Shown here in pieces: positions 24,239 through 38,211 of a stretch of 64,000 nt of DNA. Source of the stretch: Orbicella franksi (taxonomy: Eukaryota); contig OZ116701.1 in the NCBI GenBank assembly GCA_964199315.1, forward strand, positions 21,018,001 to 21,082,000, given 5' to 3'. The position numbers and the translations under genes are program-made. Position 1 is the first letter of the stretch. Every line of letters starts with the position of its first letter. Below the pieces are notes generated by a model. It was not told where the DNA came from. It made no database searches and saw only the letters and a list, made by a program, of their open reading frames with translations.

Positions 24239-25298
24239 GTGTCCGAAGGCTTAGGGTGTATAGATTTTCTACATCATATGGAAGGTGATGAAAGGGTCCG
24301 GCCAGTAGCTCATCCTCCTCGAAAAGTTCCTGTAGACCTCAGACACCGTTTAAAAGAACTGGTCAAGTTAGTTGGAGACGGGATTATCATGCCAGTGATA
24401 GAGTCTACCAAGTGGGTATCCAGCCTAGTTAAAGCCAGACAAGTTAAGAATCTGTGTTGACCCGCAATTCCTAAACAAAGCACTCCTGAAAGTTCACCGA
24501 GTATCCTCTCCTAACCATCGGATAAGTGGCAACTAGACTAAGTAACGCAAAGAGATGTCTGTTTTGGATGCCAAAATGATTCTAGCAAGTACAACTACCA
24601 TAAAGTCATCCTATCTCAAATTTTCAACACATTCTTTGGTCGTTTTGGCTGGTTCCGATTACCGTTTGACGTGTACAAACCGACGTGTCAGGCATACATT
24701 TCACGTTACGGGCGTCAATGTAACCGTCCCAGGAGACTGATTTAAATAAATGTGAACTGTTAGTTGGGTTCAATAGTCGTTGTATTAGAGCTTTGAAGCT
24801 GAAGTAGAAAATGTCCTCAAATGTAAAACCAACAAAGTAAAAATATTCAGAGTACAATGGAGCGGCGTGTTGGCGTCAATTCGATTGGGCCCTTGTATGG
24901 AAAGTTAAAAGGAAGAAAGTCAAATCGAGAACACTACCATAACAGAGGGACGTGAGAGTTACCATCCGACAAAGAAAAGTTGGGGAAGACAGCCACAATA
25001 ATCAAACAAGTTGGACCTAGAAGTTTATGAGGTAAACCTGCGAGGAAGAGTGTTGGGAAAAACAGTGGTCACCTGGTGAAGACTTAAGAATCATCATCAC
25101 CAGAGTATGAACTAGACATCTTTTAACCCGACGAGATGTAGTCAACAATCTTAGAGGAGGACGTTTTAGTTCCCAAACTGTTAAAGAAGCTCAAGCTTCT
25201 CTGCCACACCCTCTGAATGTACACCAACATCACCTGTGATGTGTACCAGGTCTGGTGGAAATGTTCGCCCGCCAAAACGGTTAAAGGACTGCTTTTAG
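24239..25298 (+). mobile_element. Decayed, internally deleted Ty3/Gypsy LTR-retrotransposon pol relic
   Basis: GLGC...VRPVAHPPRKVPVDL...GIIMPVIESTKWVSSLV, YPLLTI, SVLDAK and FGRFGWFRLPF (RT N-terminus, with frameshifts), then an integrase C-terminal-like segment and TRSGGNVRPPKRLKDCF* matching the TRSGR.V.PP.RL.DY pol end. Confidence 0.8.
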
Positions 25299-25641
25299 GT
25301 TTGAGAACATGTAAAGATTTTAACTGTGTTTTTAATAGTGTTATTAGCTGATGTTAAGAGACACTCGTTTTGTTGTTTATTTTGAAGAGAAAGACTGACT
25401 ATGTGACGATATGCACGAATTATTATCCAATTGCAGTGAATATTGTCCAAATAACGCTCGAAACGAGCAATTTCTTGTATAGTTTGGTGAGCGCGTGTCA
25501 CGCAAAACTGTCACATTCTGCCTCTTTCGCTGATAAACTCAGTGATTACAAAAGTTGGATAATAAATCTCTGATTTTTAAACTCGTGGATACGCGAAGCG
25601 TAGAAACGTGTTTCTTGCGGGGACCCCGATATGCAAATGTG

Positions 25642-25668
25642 TCACTCACTCACTCACTCACTCACTCA
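25642..25668. repeat. (TCAC)n microsatellite, ~6.75 units
   Basis: tcactcactcactcactcactcactca. Confidence 0.95.
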
Positions 25669-25717
25669 GGTGTAGACACCGTTCGTAATTAGTCGGCCCG
25701 AACGAGAACGCCCGAGG

Positions 25718-25772
25718 CCGACGCCATGTTGGAATAGTTACCGAGCCCGACGCCATGTTGGAATAGTAACCG
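25718..25772. repeat. 29-bp tandem repeat, ~2 copies
   Basis: ccgacgccatgttggaatagt at 25718 and 25747. Confidence 0.9.
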
Positions 25773-26821
25773 TGCAGTCAGCGCGAGCCTCGCTATCGTG
25801 TTTGCGCGGTTACTACCCAAAGGATGTATCGTACCAGCCCGAATGGATGATTTTGTAGCTTTTACGCGACCATTAATGTTACGTGTTTCGCTAGATTGAA
25901 GTGGGGTTGACTTCGAATGTTCGAATTAGTACTATGGCCAACTTGAGCGCTGAATTTCATGAGCATTTGACTCGTCCAGGCGTTCGAAATGACCAGGAGA
26001 TGAGCATTTGTTTGCTGGAAAGTGACCCACAAATGTGGTAAGCTTCGATGAGAATGTGTCTTATTCGAGAACCTTAATGAACTTATATGAGCGAAACGAA
26101 CACTTCTCAATGAACGAAACCAGGGCAAACATCGGCACCATTATATAATATTGTAATTTCATTTTTATAATTAGTAACATCTAAACCTGAGGCCAGCCAA
26201 AATATTGTTTTGGATATACCTTGTGTCAGCCTTGCAGTAGTCTTTGACTTATTACTTTTCAAGTTTGGCTGATTAGATCTCCTGTGAGATCCAACGTTCA
26301 ATCAATTGAGTAGTCCACGTTCAACCGACATCGAGTTAAGTTTAGATTACAGTTGTGTTCTCTACACTTGTCTTGTTTATTTTAGTATATTGATCTGAAC
26401 TCTGAGTGGGATGTGAAATGCACATAAACTTGGAAAAAAATTCCCAAATACTTGATTTTGATAAGCTTAAATGATTTTTACCCTGTCTTTTGTTTACACT
26501 TTTGCTTCCTGATTGAAAAGATAACAAAGGGAAAGAAACCCCTCTATGAGCTTCTAGGACCCCATATTTGTGGGTGGAAAGACTTTTTGGATCAACACTG
26601 AAAATGCTTGCAAATGAGGCTACTTATTTTGATGTACTTTACATGCAATATATATATAGAGACAAGCGGTTCTACATTGGCAAAGAAGTGCTGTCTCATA
26701 AGAAACCTTACCTATAGCCTTGAGTGAAATGCAATGAAAAAGGTCTGTAAGCTCGTACGACTTGAATACTTGTAAATTTCCCCAGCAGGCAGACAAACAT
26801 CAACATCGAGATCTGGGTGTA

Positions 26822-26860
26822 TGTGTGTGTGTGTTTGGGGGGGGGGGGGGGGGAGTACTC
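26822..26860. repeat. (TG)n plus G17 homopolymer followed by AGTACTC (relic MITE terminus)
   Basis: G-run 26837-26853 followed by the same agtactc as the 48253 MITE end. Confidence 0.7.
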
Positions 26861-27940
26861 TGTGATTTCTTTGGCATGAGTGTCCTCTGTGACCCAAGAA
26901 CCCTTAGCCTTTACCACTCTCTGTTCAGCTGCAATTTTGCCACCCTAGCTATTCTGTGATATGTGTGCACCAAAAGCCAACGAAAAAAGCCTACGCTTTG
27001 TGAGATAATTGCGACCTTGCGTGGTACGAACCCAGCTTTTTTTAACAGCCTTTAAAAATACACCAGTAATTGCAAGTTCGCCAACATGTTTCATCTCTAG
27101 ATTACTTAATCCACGAGTTTGACGATAGGTCTCCTTTGATTTGATGTGTAGTATCGCTGTATATTTGTACTCTTTGTTTGCATTTCACAAATATCACAGA
27201 TTTAATATTTGGTAAATTATTTCGAGCGGTTGGCGAAGAATGACAATGAGCTTCATAGTTTTGAACCTTATGCCTTATATCCAAAAAATTAAGCAAATAC
27301 ACAGACACTAATTAAGAATATAATGTGGTTGATTGATTTTCCAGTCTAACAGCTGCCTGACGATAAGGCAATTTCTGCTCACTAATCTTGAAGTGATTCC
27401 CGGACAAAAACTATCACGAAACTTAATACCTCTTAGCTTGCAGATTTTTAAACTCACAGATATTTACAACTCTACAATTCAGATGTAATGTATGCCAATT
27501 TACGTATGTTTATTGACAAACGAATAATCAGTTAGATATTTGGGCCGTCAAAAGACGATAAAATTTGAAATAATACATAATGTATTGTAATGTAAAGATA
27601 GAACATGGTTGTGAAAGCTATCACAAACAACGAGGCTCTTGTTTCCTTGAACTAGGACGATCTGGGAGAATCAGCAAAAAGACCGAAGTCAAGAGTATAA
27701 ACGTTTAACAAAACAGCTACTATTTCTTTCCGAGTCTTTCGGTAACGACGTGTAGTCTAGGGAAACCTCTACTATGCTATTCGCCATCGAATTCAATTCG
27801 CGTATCAGTTCTCAGTCAACAATTAAGAGTTAGTGTTTGTAGAAACTAAACAAAGTTTTAATGTAAATACGTCTCAAAATAGTTATGTTTAAAAATTTAA
27901 CCTGCGTTAAATCTGGACGAGCTTCTTATCATTTCTTTAA

Positions 27941-28162
27941 AGGAGCTCAGTCACGGTTTGCGCATAGCCTCAATTTTTCAAATTCGTCGTTTGTAACCCG
28001 TGTGAATCTTCTCCATCCTTAACCATCCTTGTTCCTTTATGGTTTATCATTATGTCTTTGGTGTTTTTCTATCTTATTAAACTGTTATTTTCAGGTTTCC
28101 TACCATTTAAAGGTAATTTTGTATGTGGCCAAAATAACTCAAAATACCGTGACTGAGCTCCT
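27941..28162. mobile_element. Complete 222-bp MITE with perfect 16-bp TIRs and TTAA target-site duplication
   Basis: ttaa-aggagctcagtcacgg ... ccgtgactgagctcct-ttaa; TTAA at 27937-27940 and 28163-28166. Confidence 0.9.
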
Positions 28163-31100
28163 TTAAGAAAATCAAATTATGCAACTTCGTGCAACATTCT
28201 GATTGGAAAACTACAGTTATGACGTCATGGCTTTCTGTTTTTCCTTGCTTTTATCAAAAGAAATTGACAGCTGCGATATCTGAGTTCAATAATTGTTTCA
28301 TCATTCGATCACCAAATTTGTTTTCTTATTTAAATCACTCTCTGACAGCTCAGGGGAGCAATCTGCTATTTTTCACTAGAGATCATGGTTACAATTATGC
28401 ATGAGCAAAACACAATTAGACGGTACTACACATAAGCAGACAATTATTTGAAGGCAATGAAAAGGAAGAAAAAGTAAAAGTGCATCGAATGATAATCAGG
28501 GATACTGGAAACACAAAGTTACGGGTCTAAAATGTCGTCTGTTGGTTAGGATGCTTCAAACATTGTAAGTATGTTGACTTAAGATCTACTCTTTCTGTTC
28601 AACATATTGCAGTATAGCTAAAACACATCATTACAACTGAAGACATTTCGTGCTACCTGTCATGATAGACAATGTTCTTGTAAGTGACAAAAGCGATTTT
28701 TACAAGTAAAAGTTGCAGGAGTACACCACCAACTTGTCCCTTTGTTACTTGGCACTGCGATCTAAAGCGCGCTCTATAATGACAACAAATGCATATATAG
28801 CTTCATTTCGAGCGACGTTAGATATGTTTCGGGCAATGATCAGATTTATTTTTCATATAGTGGCATCTCTAAAAACGATGAGGTTTCATTGCGGTGTTCT
28901 TATCGAATTCAAAGTAAACAAATCGGTAAAAATACGTGTTATCATTCATCTGTGCATGTTCGTCATGGCAATACAATTTTCAGAAGTAGCCAACTTGAGA
29001 CATAACTCAGTGCATCCATAGATCTAAAACAACTTTATCATGTTGACTGCATTTTGGACATTTGCTTGAATGGAGGAATAACTTGTTCTTCTGTCATCAG
29101 TTTAGAATCATACAGCACAAAATGAAATCATGTGCAAATTGTGTCATGCGTTCTTCGTATCTCTGTGAAAAAATATACACCTATAGATATTCATGTAGAA
29201 GATGTTTTTCCCCCAAAATACGACGTTAGGTGACTTGGCTACCCGACAAAGTACGTGTAGAAGCATGGAGGAAGCACTGGAACAACTGAGTACCTCAAAT
29301 ACACTGCTCACTCGACTCAACATAGTGTCATTACTCCATACTAGGTCGAATATCACTTTATAATGTATCTCGGAGCCAGAATATCGTTAATCATTAGAAA
29401 TTAAATAGCCCCTTTGTTCTCGCAGGGTAAACTCGGTTACTTTAGGCATCGTAATTAGCACAAGGTGGATCCTAAATAGAGCCAAAAATACACTATTTTG
29501 TCCGAAACCTTTCTAACCCCAAAGCAACATGTTCCTGAGTGTTTATATTATGCCATCGAACCCTATTTCACCCTCGACATTATTAACGTTTCTAAGCGAA
29601 GAAGGAAAGCAATTCATGAAAGCTGACACTTAAACTTCGATTTTAACTCGAAATTATGATGACCTGAGGTAACTTTCAAAAATTGCTAGGTTAGTCACAG
29701 TTCTAGCCATTCGATGGACCAAGCGTTTCACTAAGATATTTTTCTAATTATTTTGACATACCACAACTGGAGTGTTCTTTTATTAAGTTAAATTAACTTA
29801 ATTTGGTTTAACAATCATTCTTAACAATTGGAATAGATGGTTTCCTTCTTAATTAAACGTTTCTGATCCTCCGCCGTCATACTCCAGAGTAGAATAGGAT
29901 ACAAAAACCCACGCAAGATATCATGTGCTCAACAAAGGAGGCGATACAGTATCACAGAAACTACACTCACTCACTTACTCCGAATTAATGCGGCCAGTAA
30001 ACCCGTCAGGTACCATAACATCTTCATTGTTACTCTCCATTACACACTTTTTTTTTTGGAAATTAACTTCGCCTGACTCTGGGCATTATATCGTGACTGT
30101 CAAAGCTGAGCTTTTATTCCATGCTGATAAGCAAGATATTTATCTGAACTGCTTGCCCCTACTTATGTGTATGAAAATTACTTCCCCACTCTGGATGGTA
30201 TTGACGACAAGTATAATGGCAGTATAAAAACGTAGCGAAATCGAGATGAACTGCCTTTGTAACTTTCAGTGTTAATCAGGTACTACTTTAAGCCCTGTGA
30301 ATGCCGCGTATATCTTATTCAGCTTGTTTATAGTCTTTGCAGTTGTCCATGGAAGTTTTATCGAACGATTTATAGCGACATAAAATTGTTTACAAACCCC
30401 TTTGTTCACGGAAAGTCAATTACATCTGCTGCACAGTCAATGGTTCATCGTCGCAATATTGATTTTACAATTGTGTTCCTCTTCTCTCGGAAAAACAGCA
30501 AAAGTACATTTCTTAAACACAATTTCTGACATTCTTGATTTAAACTAATGAAAGTGTAGATTAAATGTCACAAAATAAACACAGTTTGATTCCTATGGAT
30601 TAGTAAGAAGGCCCTGACTGATATGAAGACAGGTTTTAGAAACATTGATTTAATCATCAACGGCTTGATGCGAACACACAGCATTAGCTTGAATGACTAA
30701 CTACGCAGTGTTCAAAGCTGTGTTCATCTACACTATAATTATAACCCAACTTACGCTAGAGGCAAGTCTGTTCTAAGGTCTACCAGTTCCTTCGCCAACA
30801 AAGAAAACTAAGAAACAAAACCTTTGCCGTGCTCTTGCCGTATTGCTAATTATAAATTCTTGGACACACAGTCAAAAATTAAACCCTTTTACTTTACACA
30901 CTACTCCGACCAACAACTTTTTCTTTTATGAAGGTCTGGGCAAAACAAGTTTGGTCGCCTCTTATGTACATGGTGAGATATTGCTACCCAGAAGAAATGG
31001 TTTTCTAGCCTCTAGAAGATAACATTTTGTCTTCCGTGGAATTTACGTCGATTGACAAATTGCCGAGCTAAACGGTCACAAAGTGCTGCGTTTTATCGCC

Positions 31101-33420
31101 TCAACAATTTACTTTTTCTGATAGTGATTGTTTCCTTGGCTGTAGCCAGGAGTCTGCAAATTTCATTATTATTTGGATGCTAAGTCTAAGAGTGCGATAA
31201 AATCGGCAAAAAAGAAAACATAAATCTAAATTGTAGACATTCAGGGACAGGAGCAAATCTTATTTTAATAAACTTATGAGATTCAAGGCTTACCGTGTCT
31301 TTCCGGGGATTCTAAACGTTATTCAGTTGTAAGTCCATAAAATGGTTGTTCCTCCCCTTTCACCAGTCGCGATATTTCAAATACCGTCCAAATGCTGTTC
31401 TTAATGGATGGCCGAAGACGGCTCGTGTGGCGTACACTGTCGTCAAGACTTGATTACCGGATCCTGCAGGCGTCTATAGACGAGAGAATAATAAATAAAC
31501 CAATAAACCAATAAATAAAGCGACAACAACTTTATTCAATGAAATTACATCGTATCTTTGGTGAACTTTCTTGCACCAAACACCTGTTTCAGCCATGGAG
31601 GCCCAACATATTTGCCTCTTCATCGCTCAGCCTTCAAAAGAGTACACCCAATGCATATCAGCTTTGCGAAAATCAACAAACTAAATGCATTTCTTGCTTA
31701 TCTTAAAACGATTGGAAGTCATATTTTTTACGGGGACAGATTTTAGTTATTCATGGTAACTATGAGAATAAAGCCATTTCTACGTTTTCTTTTGTCTCCT
31801 GAATTATCGAATTTCTCTCTTTAGTGTTAACTGTTTGCATCGAAATCAAACTTATTACACTTGTTATTAAGGCTTTATGGAATTTAGAGAGCACAGATAG
31901 AGACCGTTTTCTTTAATTTCTTTAATACTAATAACTATTCCTTTCCGATTCCAAAGTGTTTACACTTTTACGGAAAATCGCTTTAAATCCTTTTGAAATA
32001 TTGTTATTTTGATCCAGCAAGTTGAAAATTAAACACAATCTGTTTAAGAATAAAGGAAAATACTAAATAGACAAAATCATATAAGTAAGGCCTTTGTCTT
32101 GCCATTGGCTTAATTCATGGCTTGTAAGTGCAGTTTCTGTCTTGATATCCAAGGTAAATATATAATATTCTTTTTGGTCTAATTTGACAACATCAAATTA
32201 TAATATTTTCCTTGCGCAAGCACAACCTGTTTTATTATCTTATAATAGGTAGTTGGTTAAATGTGTTTTATTTTGCCCATATTTGGTGTTTTTTAAGAAG
32301 CTCTCCATTAGAGTAAAATAGATCAAAGCTCTTCGTTTACATCACAACCTTCAGGGTAAATGATAAATAAACTATTTTTGCCTTTCGTTAAGGCGTTAAG
32401 TGTTATTCCACCCCCACCCCTTCGGAAGTAAAATATCTGAATATTTGTTTTGCTAAGGATTAAATAGACATTTTATGCCACTCAAATGTGGTTTAAAACA
32501 AGTGATAAAGCACCTTAGGTTTAATTTGCTAATACTGAGTCCACTATGTCGCTAAAAACAAACTTGAAATGGTCCCTTGAGGCTTCTCAATGTGTTACGT
32601 CAATGTGTTACTGGTTTGCATCAGCTGCGGAATTTATACCAAAATCTTTCAGCTTTAATTACATTGAAGTCAGAAAATTCGGGTTGACTTACACCCAAAA
32701 CCAAGATCTCTCGGTTTTCGCTGACCTATTTGAGGCTATAAAACACGCGAGCTTAGGTTACACCTGATTAGTATCTTTCCATGGAGTCGCTGCCTTTTTA
32801 ACAGTGTTGTGCTGTAAGGAGGACGAAATAAGGGCTAGATGCTTGAAAACTTGATAAGTGGGACAGTTTCCAAAACTGTTAATGGACTCTCAACGAAATC
32901 TTCGGTTTATTTATCTATCATGTAACTCATAGAAGGTAGCTGGTATGGCATCGGTGCTTTGGAATGTGAAATACAAGGGGTCGGTTTTATAACAGGGTCA
33001 GGAATGGATTTTTGGTCATTGACCTGTTTGGATTTCTCTGTGTGAGACGTAGGATTTCTACGCTGGTCTGAAGTCTCCCGATCTTGCATAAGGACATTTA
33101 TATTTTACTGATTATCACTTCCATCCATTTTTATCTTCAGGCAGGATGGTGACTGACGTATCAACCTTTTAAGATTTCAACCTCGTTTTTTTTTGTGTTA
33201 CATCCGATGTGACGTACGTCTTTGAAGTTGGTTAGGATTGAAGTCTTTTCGGCACGCTTCCCAAATGCTTACCACCCATCTCTGTTGGCCACGAGAGAGT
33301 TAATATCAAACGAACATCACGACCGTTAAGATCCAGAAAAAATCAACACAAAAGAGCTGTTTCAACGGGTAACAAGAACTCGCTAGGTCGCAGTATTGTA
33401 TGCCACACGACCACGAAATG

Positions 33421-33452
33421 CTCAAGAGGGTTTCAGTATAACCGAAACGGCG
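33421..33452 (+). ncRNA. Degenerate minimal hammerhead-like relic (likely inactive)
   Basis: ctcaaga-g-ggtt-tcagtat-aacc-gaaac-ggc: core spacing and stem II present, but G5 is C and the cleavage triplet is GGC. Confidence 0.35.
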
Positions 33453-36400
33453 CAATTTTAAATTTCGACAAAATTTTTAAATCGACTACATCCAGTATTA
33501 CGGATACATCTGATTTGTCTCATTTTTCTATCGCCTGTTTAAGGCTTGAAAAAAATACAGTCTTGATTGATACTATTGGGCCCTGAACAAGTGCAGCAGG
33601 TCAAGAGATAATTCACTCTTATCGCAGACAAGACAACAAGTACACGGAAAGTATAAAAGTTCACTGACTCGATAGACAGTGGCGTTGAAATGCGTTGATG
33701 ACAAAAATTGAAATTCCGACTGTCGAAGCGACGAATCCCCTTTACGAAAAACCCACTGACCTTTCATATGGCTACCATGTACAAATTCAAACGAGTGTTT
33801 CAAGGCAAAAGTGGGTTCCATTATAAGTTTTCGCAACTTTGTACGCGATCGCGGGAATTTCAAATACTACTGAAAATTAGACATAATTATGCAAACGTTT
33901 TGGTCTTCTGAGCCACGGCATTGGCTAGCGTTGTTCCGGAGCTTGGACTCAACGGAAGCAAATGAAATTCCTGCTAATAATAGGAACCATTCACTTAAAT
34001 TAAGTCCTCTAAACGCACTGAGCTCTGTTATCGACATTTTTGTGCAAAAGCAACATGAGCTTACCTTAAAAGAGGCCAATATCGGAGATTCGATAAAGTA
34101 GATAAAGTGTAAATTGTAGGATTGGTAACCGCCAACACTAAAACGGTAATTAGTTTCGCTGCAGTATGCAGTGTGCTTTTGTCCAATTTTAATCTACAGT
34201 GTATTCTTGACGCCGGGAAAGGTCTTAAAGTATTCACTGCTTTCTTTGCAACTGCAAGTGCAACAAAAATCTTCAAGATAAAGACACTGGAAATCCAGAT
34301 CTCTATCGATAGGACGCCCTTTCGTGGTAAACAAATCACGCTGACCGGTGTTACTACTTAGAATACCCCTATTCAAAAACTAAGCTGCATTATCGTTGAC
34401 TTCTCTATGACAAACTAAATGTTTAATTAAACGTTTTGCATTTCAGCGATAAATCAAAGATTCCAGCTTTAAGTGAAACCTTATCATCGTCGCTTGATGT
34501 TCACATAAGGGAGTACAGACGCTAAACTCAGAACTGCTGACAGCTGAAATAAACGGACAAAAAATGCAGTCTATGAGTAACCGCGCCAACGACGGTTTTA
34601 CTGGGAATAAAAATTGAAATACAATGTCTCTTACCACACCGACTTAGTTTAAGATACGAATATCCAAAGCAAAACTAGTCGTTAGCAGTCCCTTGCGTTT
34701 TCTTAAAAATGTAAATATTGGTTAATTACTCTCTATAAAACGATTCAGTTTGTCTCATCAGATTGACCACATACAGTGTGATATTTGTTAGAAAGGCAAT
34801 TCTAATGTTAGCCTAAGGACTTTGAAAGGAGCTCATTTCTACCATGTGGTTATTTGCTATTTTCTACTTTTTTCGTCATCTGTCTACATCTTTTTGCATT
34901 TGTGATGTATGTTAGGAAAAAGAGAGATCCCACAGTTAGAAGCTATGGCCATACGTACCTCTCAAAAGGAATGGGCAGGTAACAAAATAATTAATAGCAA
35001 ATATTAAAATGCACATAGCTTATCTAAGTGTTTATTTTTCTGAAAGGCATCAGTAGCGTTTAAAGGTTTTCCGCGTTAATTTGCGAACAATAGAATGAAA
35101 ACATCGGAAGAACATGTCGTTGAAAAGAGCAAGGCAAACAAAATTTAAAACACATCTGCATACAGACTATCCTTTTTTATTTGAATTTGACGTATGGAAA
35201 TTTTAAAACGTCTCCTGAGAGGTTTTATCGATAATGATCGGACCTCATGGGAAGCACTAGACAGATTAAGAGAGAGCCAGGGAGAAAAAGTGAAATCAAC
35301 AAACATTTCTCAGGGAGCTATGTTGGTGTGATTGGGACAGAGAGAGGGACGAAAATGAACACAAGCCATGCGAGAGGTACACTATTCACTTCACTAGCCA
35401 TGACTATAATGGTAAAAAGCATAGATGCTTAGATACCTACACTTCCTTTTGACAAACTGCAAGTAAACTACAAGAAATCACGAACTTGACTGGAACAGTT
35501 GTGCTGAGAAAGGTCCTGTTCCATTTTTACGAAATACTGCTTTATTACCTCGATAGAATAGCAAAGGAAGTTGAGTCAGTTTCCAGTCTCACTAAATCTG
35601 ACTACGGCATCATTAATATGTCCTATAAGCTTTGAAATGGAGGGCAAAATTTATGTAAAACAATTTCATTTATTGGTTAGTTGATAAGATAACATCCATA
35701 CTACGGAAAGTGAGTTCACTGTCTGAGCAGCTTTCTGTACAGACTTTTCCCTATAGTTTAGCTTTAATTATGAATATATATGATAATTATGATATATAAA
35801 GGGAAATTAGCTTGCAGTTAAGATGCTTTAAATTCATATTGAACGCTGAAGAGAATATGGGAAAAGGCACAAATTTTCAATATTATTGACAGTGCCTAAT
35901 TTAGACATAAAGGGGTTCATGCAAATTGGTGAACAGGATCACACTTCATTTATCGTCGAAAAGGATCCTTATAACGTGAGGAAAACGTTCATTTTAAAAA
36001 TACCTCCCCTGCAAATAACATGTAAGTGATTGAGAGAAAAACTGATGCTCTGTAGAAATCAAGTACACTTTTGAAACCAAACATGTAAATTTTTTGCACA
36101 AACTAAACACCAAATACCAGTTTTGAACTGAAACTGCGATGTAATATAACATTTAATGAGAAATAAGTAGATTCTAACAGCTGAGTCGCATGACAATTTT
36201 TGAACTAAAGCCGTAAGTTACCTGTGAATTGCTAGCTTAAACCTTGGAAAGAGAAATGAAGTAAAGGCGCAGCCGAATTTTAAACGATGCTTCTGACCAC
36301 TTTTTCTTCGTTTCGTTTTTGCCAATATACTATTTTTTAAACTGTCTCGTGAGAAACTAAACCGGTAAATGGCTATGATGCGGCCGAGTGTGTCCATGAT

Positions 36401-38161
36401 AACCGGATCGAGTTCGTAATAACGTGGCTTAAAGATGGTGCGTGCTAAATACATAAGTCTTTTGCCCAAATTAGGATGATGTAAAAAATAGGATTTCAAC
36501 AAACGCTATTGGGATCGAAAAAGAAAACTGGCGGTAACTATACTATTTTCACAGAAAAGTTTTCAGAGATGAGCTTTAATTCTCAAACTGAAAAATGCTG
36601 AATTCAGCGATCAGATGCCTCAGACTTCGCGTTTACATACAGAAAAGCAACAATAATTTTGATAATTTACAAGAGTTTTTCTCCGGAAGACACGCATAAC
36701 AAGAATGTACGCCAGCAGGCTTACCGTGTTTATGCCCAGTTAACTCACCACCCAGTGACTGCCAAAGATTTTACCAGGCTGGAGAAATTTTCAAATTCTC
36801 AGATGTAGCTTCTCTTTCTGATGTTATTGCATCGAGTTTATTGAAGACAATTTGCTGTAAGAGAGCTACTGATGGATTCTGCTAAATCGGCAAAAAACTC
36901 TGCTCACTCGTTCAGATGACAAGTTGACGGAGCTGTTTTGTTTTTGCACATAGGTGCACAGAAAAAACTGTCCGAATTTAAAATACAGCACCATCTGACA
37001 GTTTTGAATATAACATAAACAGGACGTGTCCGTCCGAAGATTGTTCACGTTGTTTGATTTATTACAACGAGGAATCGTTGTCATAATATTTCACCTCTAT
37101 TTCATAGTTATAGTCATACAGTTAAATCAAAACAAGTGGACAGCTTACATATCAAGGCTAAGGTTTTCAACAATGTTAACAATCCTCGGATTCGTCTTGT
37201 TTATTTTAAATCGGGATTTTAAGTAACTAGCTAACGCCTTGCTGACAACAAAAAGCTCAGAAAGCGCTTAAAAACTTGTAGTTTAAGGCAAGCGTGAAAC
37301 GAGTCGCTGTATCAGCTCTTGTGAGCTTATATAGCGACCATTCCGTGATCCGTTCCTCTTTGCACCTACCGTTTGCGACTGCTGCTGAATAAGAGATATC
37401 CATACGTTATTGGTGTTATGCCAGACGAGCGACAACTCCTGTTCATGCTGTGAAGAAATTTCTTTGCGGATTTTTATGGGTTTGTACCAATCAGAACGCA
37501 CGAGGAATCTCACTTATTTTACGGTAAGGTCATCATATATTAAATTCTGTTAAAGCAGGCGTCTACAGCCCCGGCCGGGCAAACAAAAAGATTCATTCTT
37601 AGATGGCAAAAAATTATAATCACTATGGTAAATCACTGCTCACGGCTATTCTTCAAATCACTTTCAAACGGGAAAAATTTATATAGCCTGCAAAAAATGC
37701 AGGGAAAATTGTTCTTAAATTAAAAAAAGAAACTAGTTTGAAATATTCATATCCCACCTGATTTTGACCACAGAACTGATGAGCTGTAATAAGAAGGGAG
37801 CTGCAATCACAGTGCTTAAACAAACAATACCTTGATAAATGCAACTTTGAATATTTTGAATATTCCTTTTATACGTATTTCAAACTAGGAAACAATCTCT
37901 TTATCTATTTGAAAATAGGTAAAGAGGTTGTCAACTCAAAAATAGTAGAGGCAAAAACAATTGCGTGACTTGTATAGAGCAACCCGCTCCTAGCCACGTA
38001 ATTGTTTAGTCTCCAATTAGATTAAAATGCGAATGTTACTGTTTAGAAGGTGGTAATTGTTACTACTTGTTGAACTCAAAACGTTCTGGTATTTTTTCAT
38101 TGCAGTCTTTTACAGAGAACATGGTGAACCAGTTTAAGGTGAATGAGAAAAAGATGATAAC

Positions 38162-38181
38162 ACATTTTGTTGTTTATTTAG
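38162..38181 (+). promoter_or_regulatory. 3' splice acceptor upstream of the GPCR pseudogene
   Basis: acattttgttgtttatttag|aaacgg, 30 nt before ATG 38212; candidate donor acg|gtaagg at 37524. Confidence 0.5.
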
Positions 38182-38211
38182 AAACGGAATTCCGAAGCAC
38201 AGGTTTCAACG

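Larger units (their letters stand above)
25574..27135 (+). mobile_element. Helentron-associated non-autonomous element (HINE/DINE-1-like), ~1.56 kb
   Basis: 5' T-tract, 12-bp subterminal inverted repeat aaactcgtggat (25579-25590) / atccacgagttt (27109-27120), 5' palindrome tacgc-gaa-gcgta, (TCAC)n tract, short 3' hairpin relic gacgataggtc followed by T-rich sequence. Confidence 0.7.

Noticed and set aside
28713-29356. Possible transposase remnant (IPPF-like string on the minus strand)
   Set aside because: No DDE or other diagnostic motif could be assembled in any frame.
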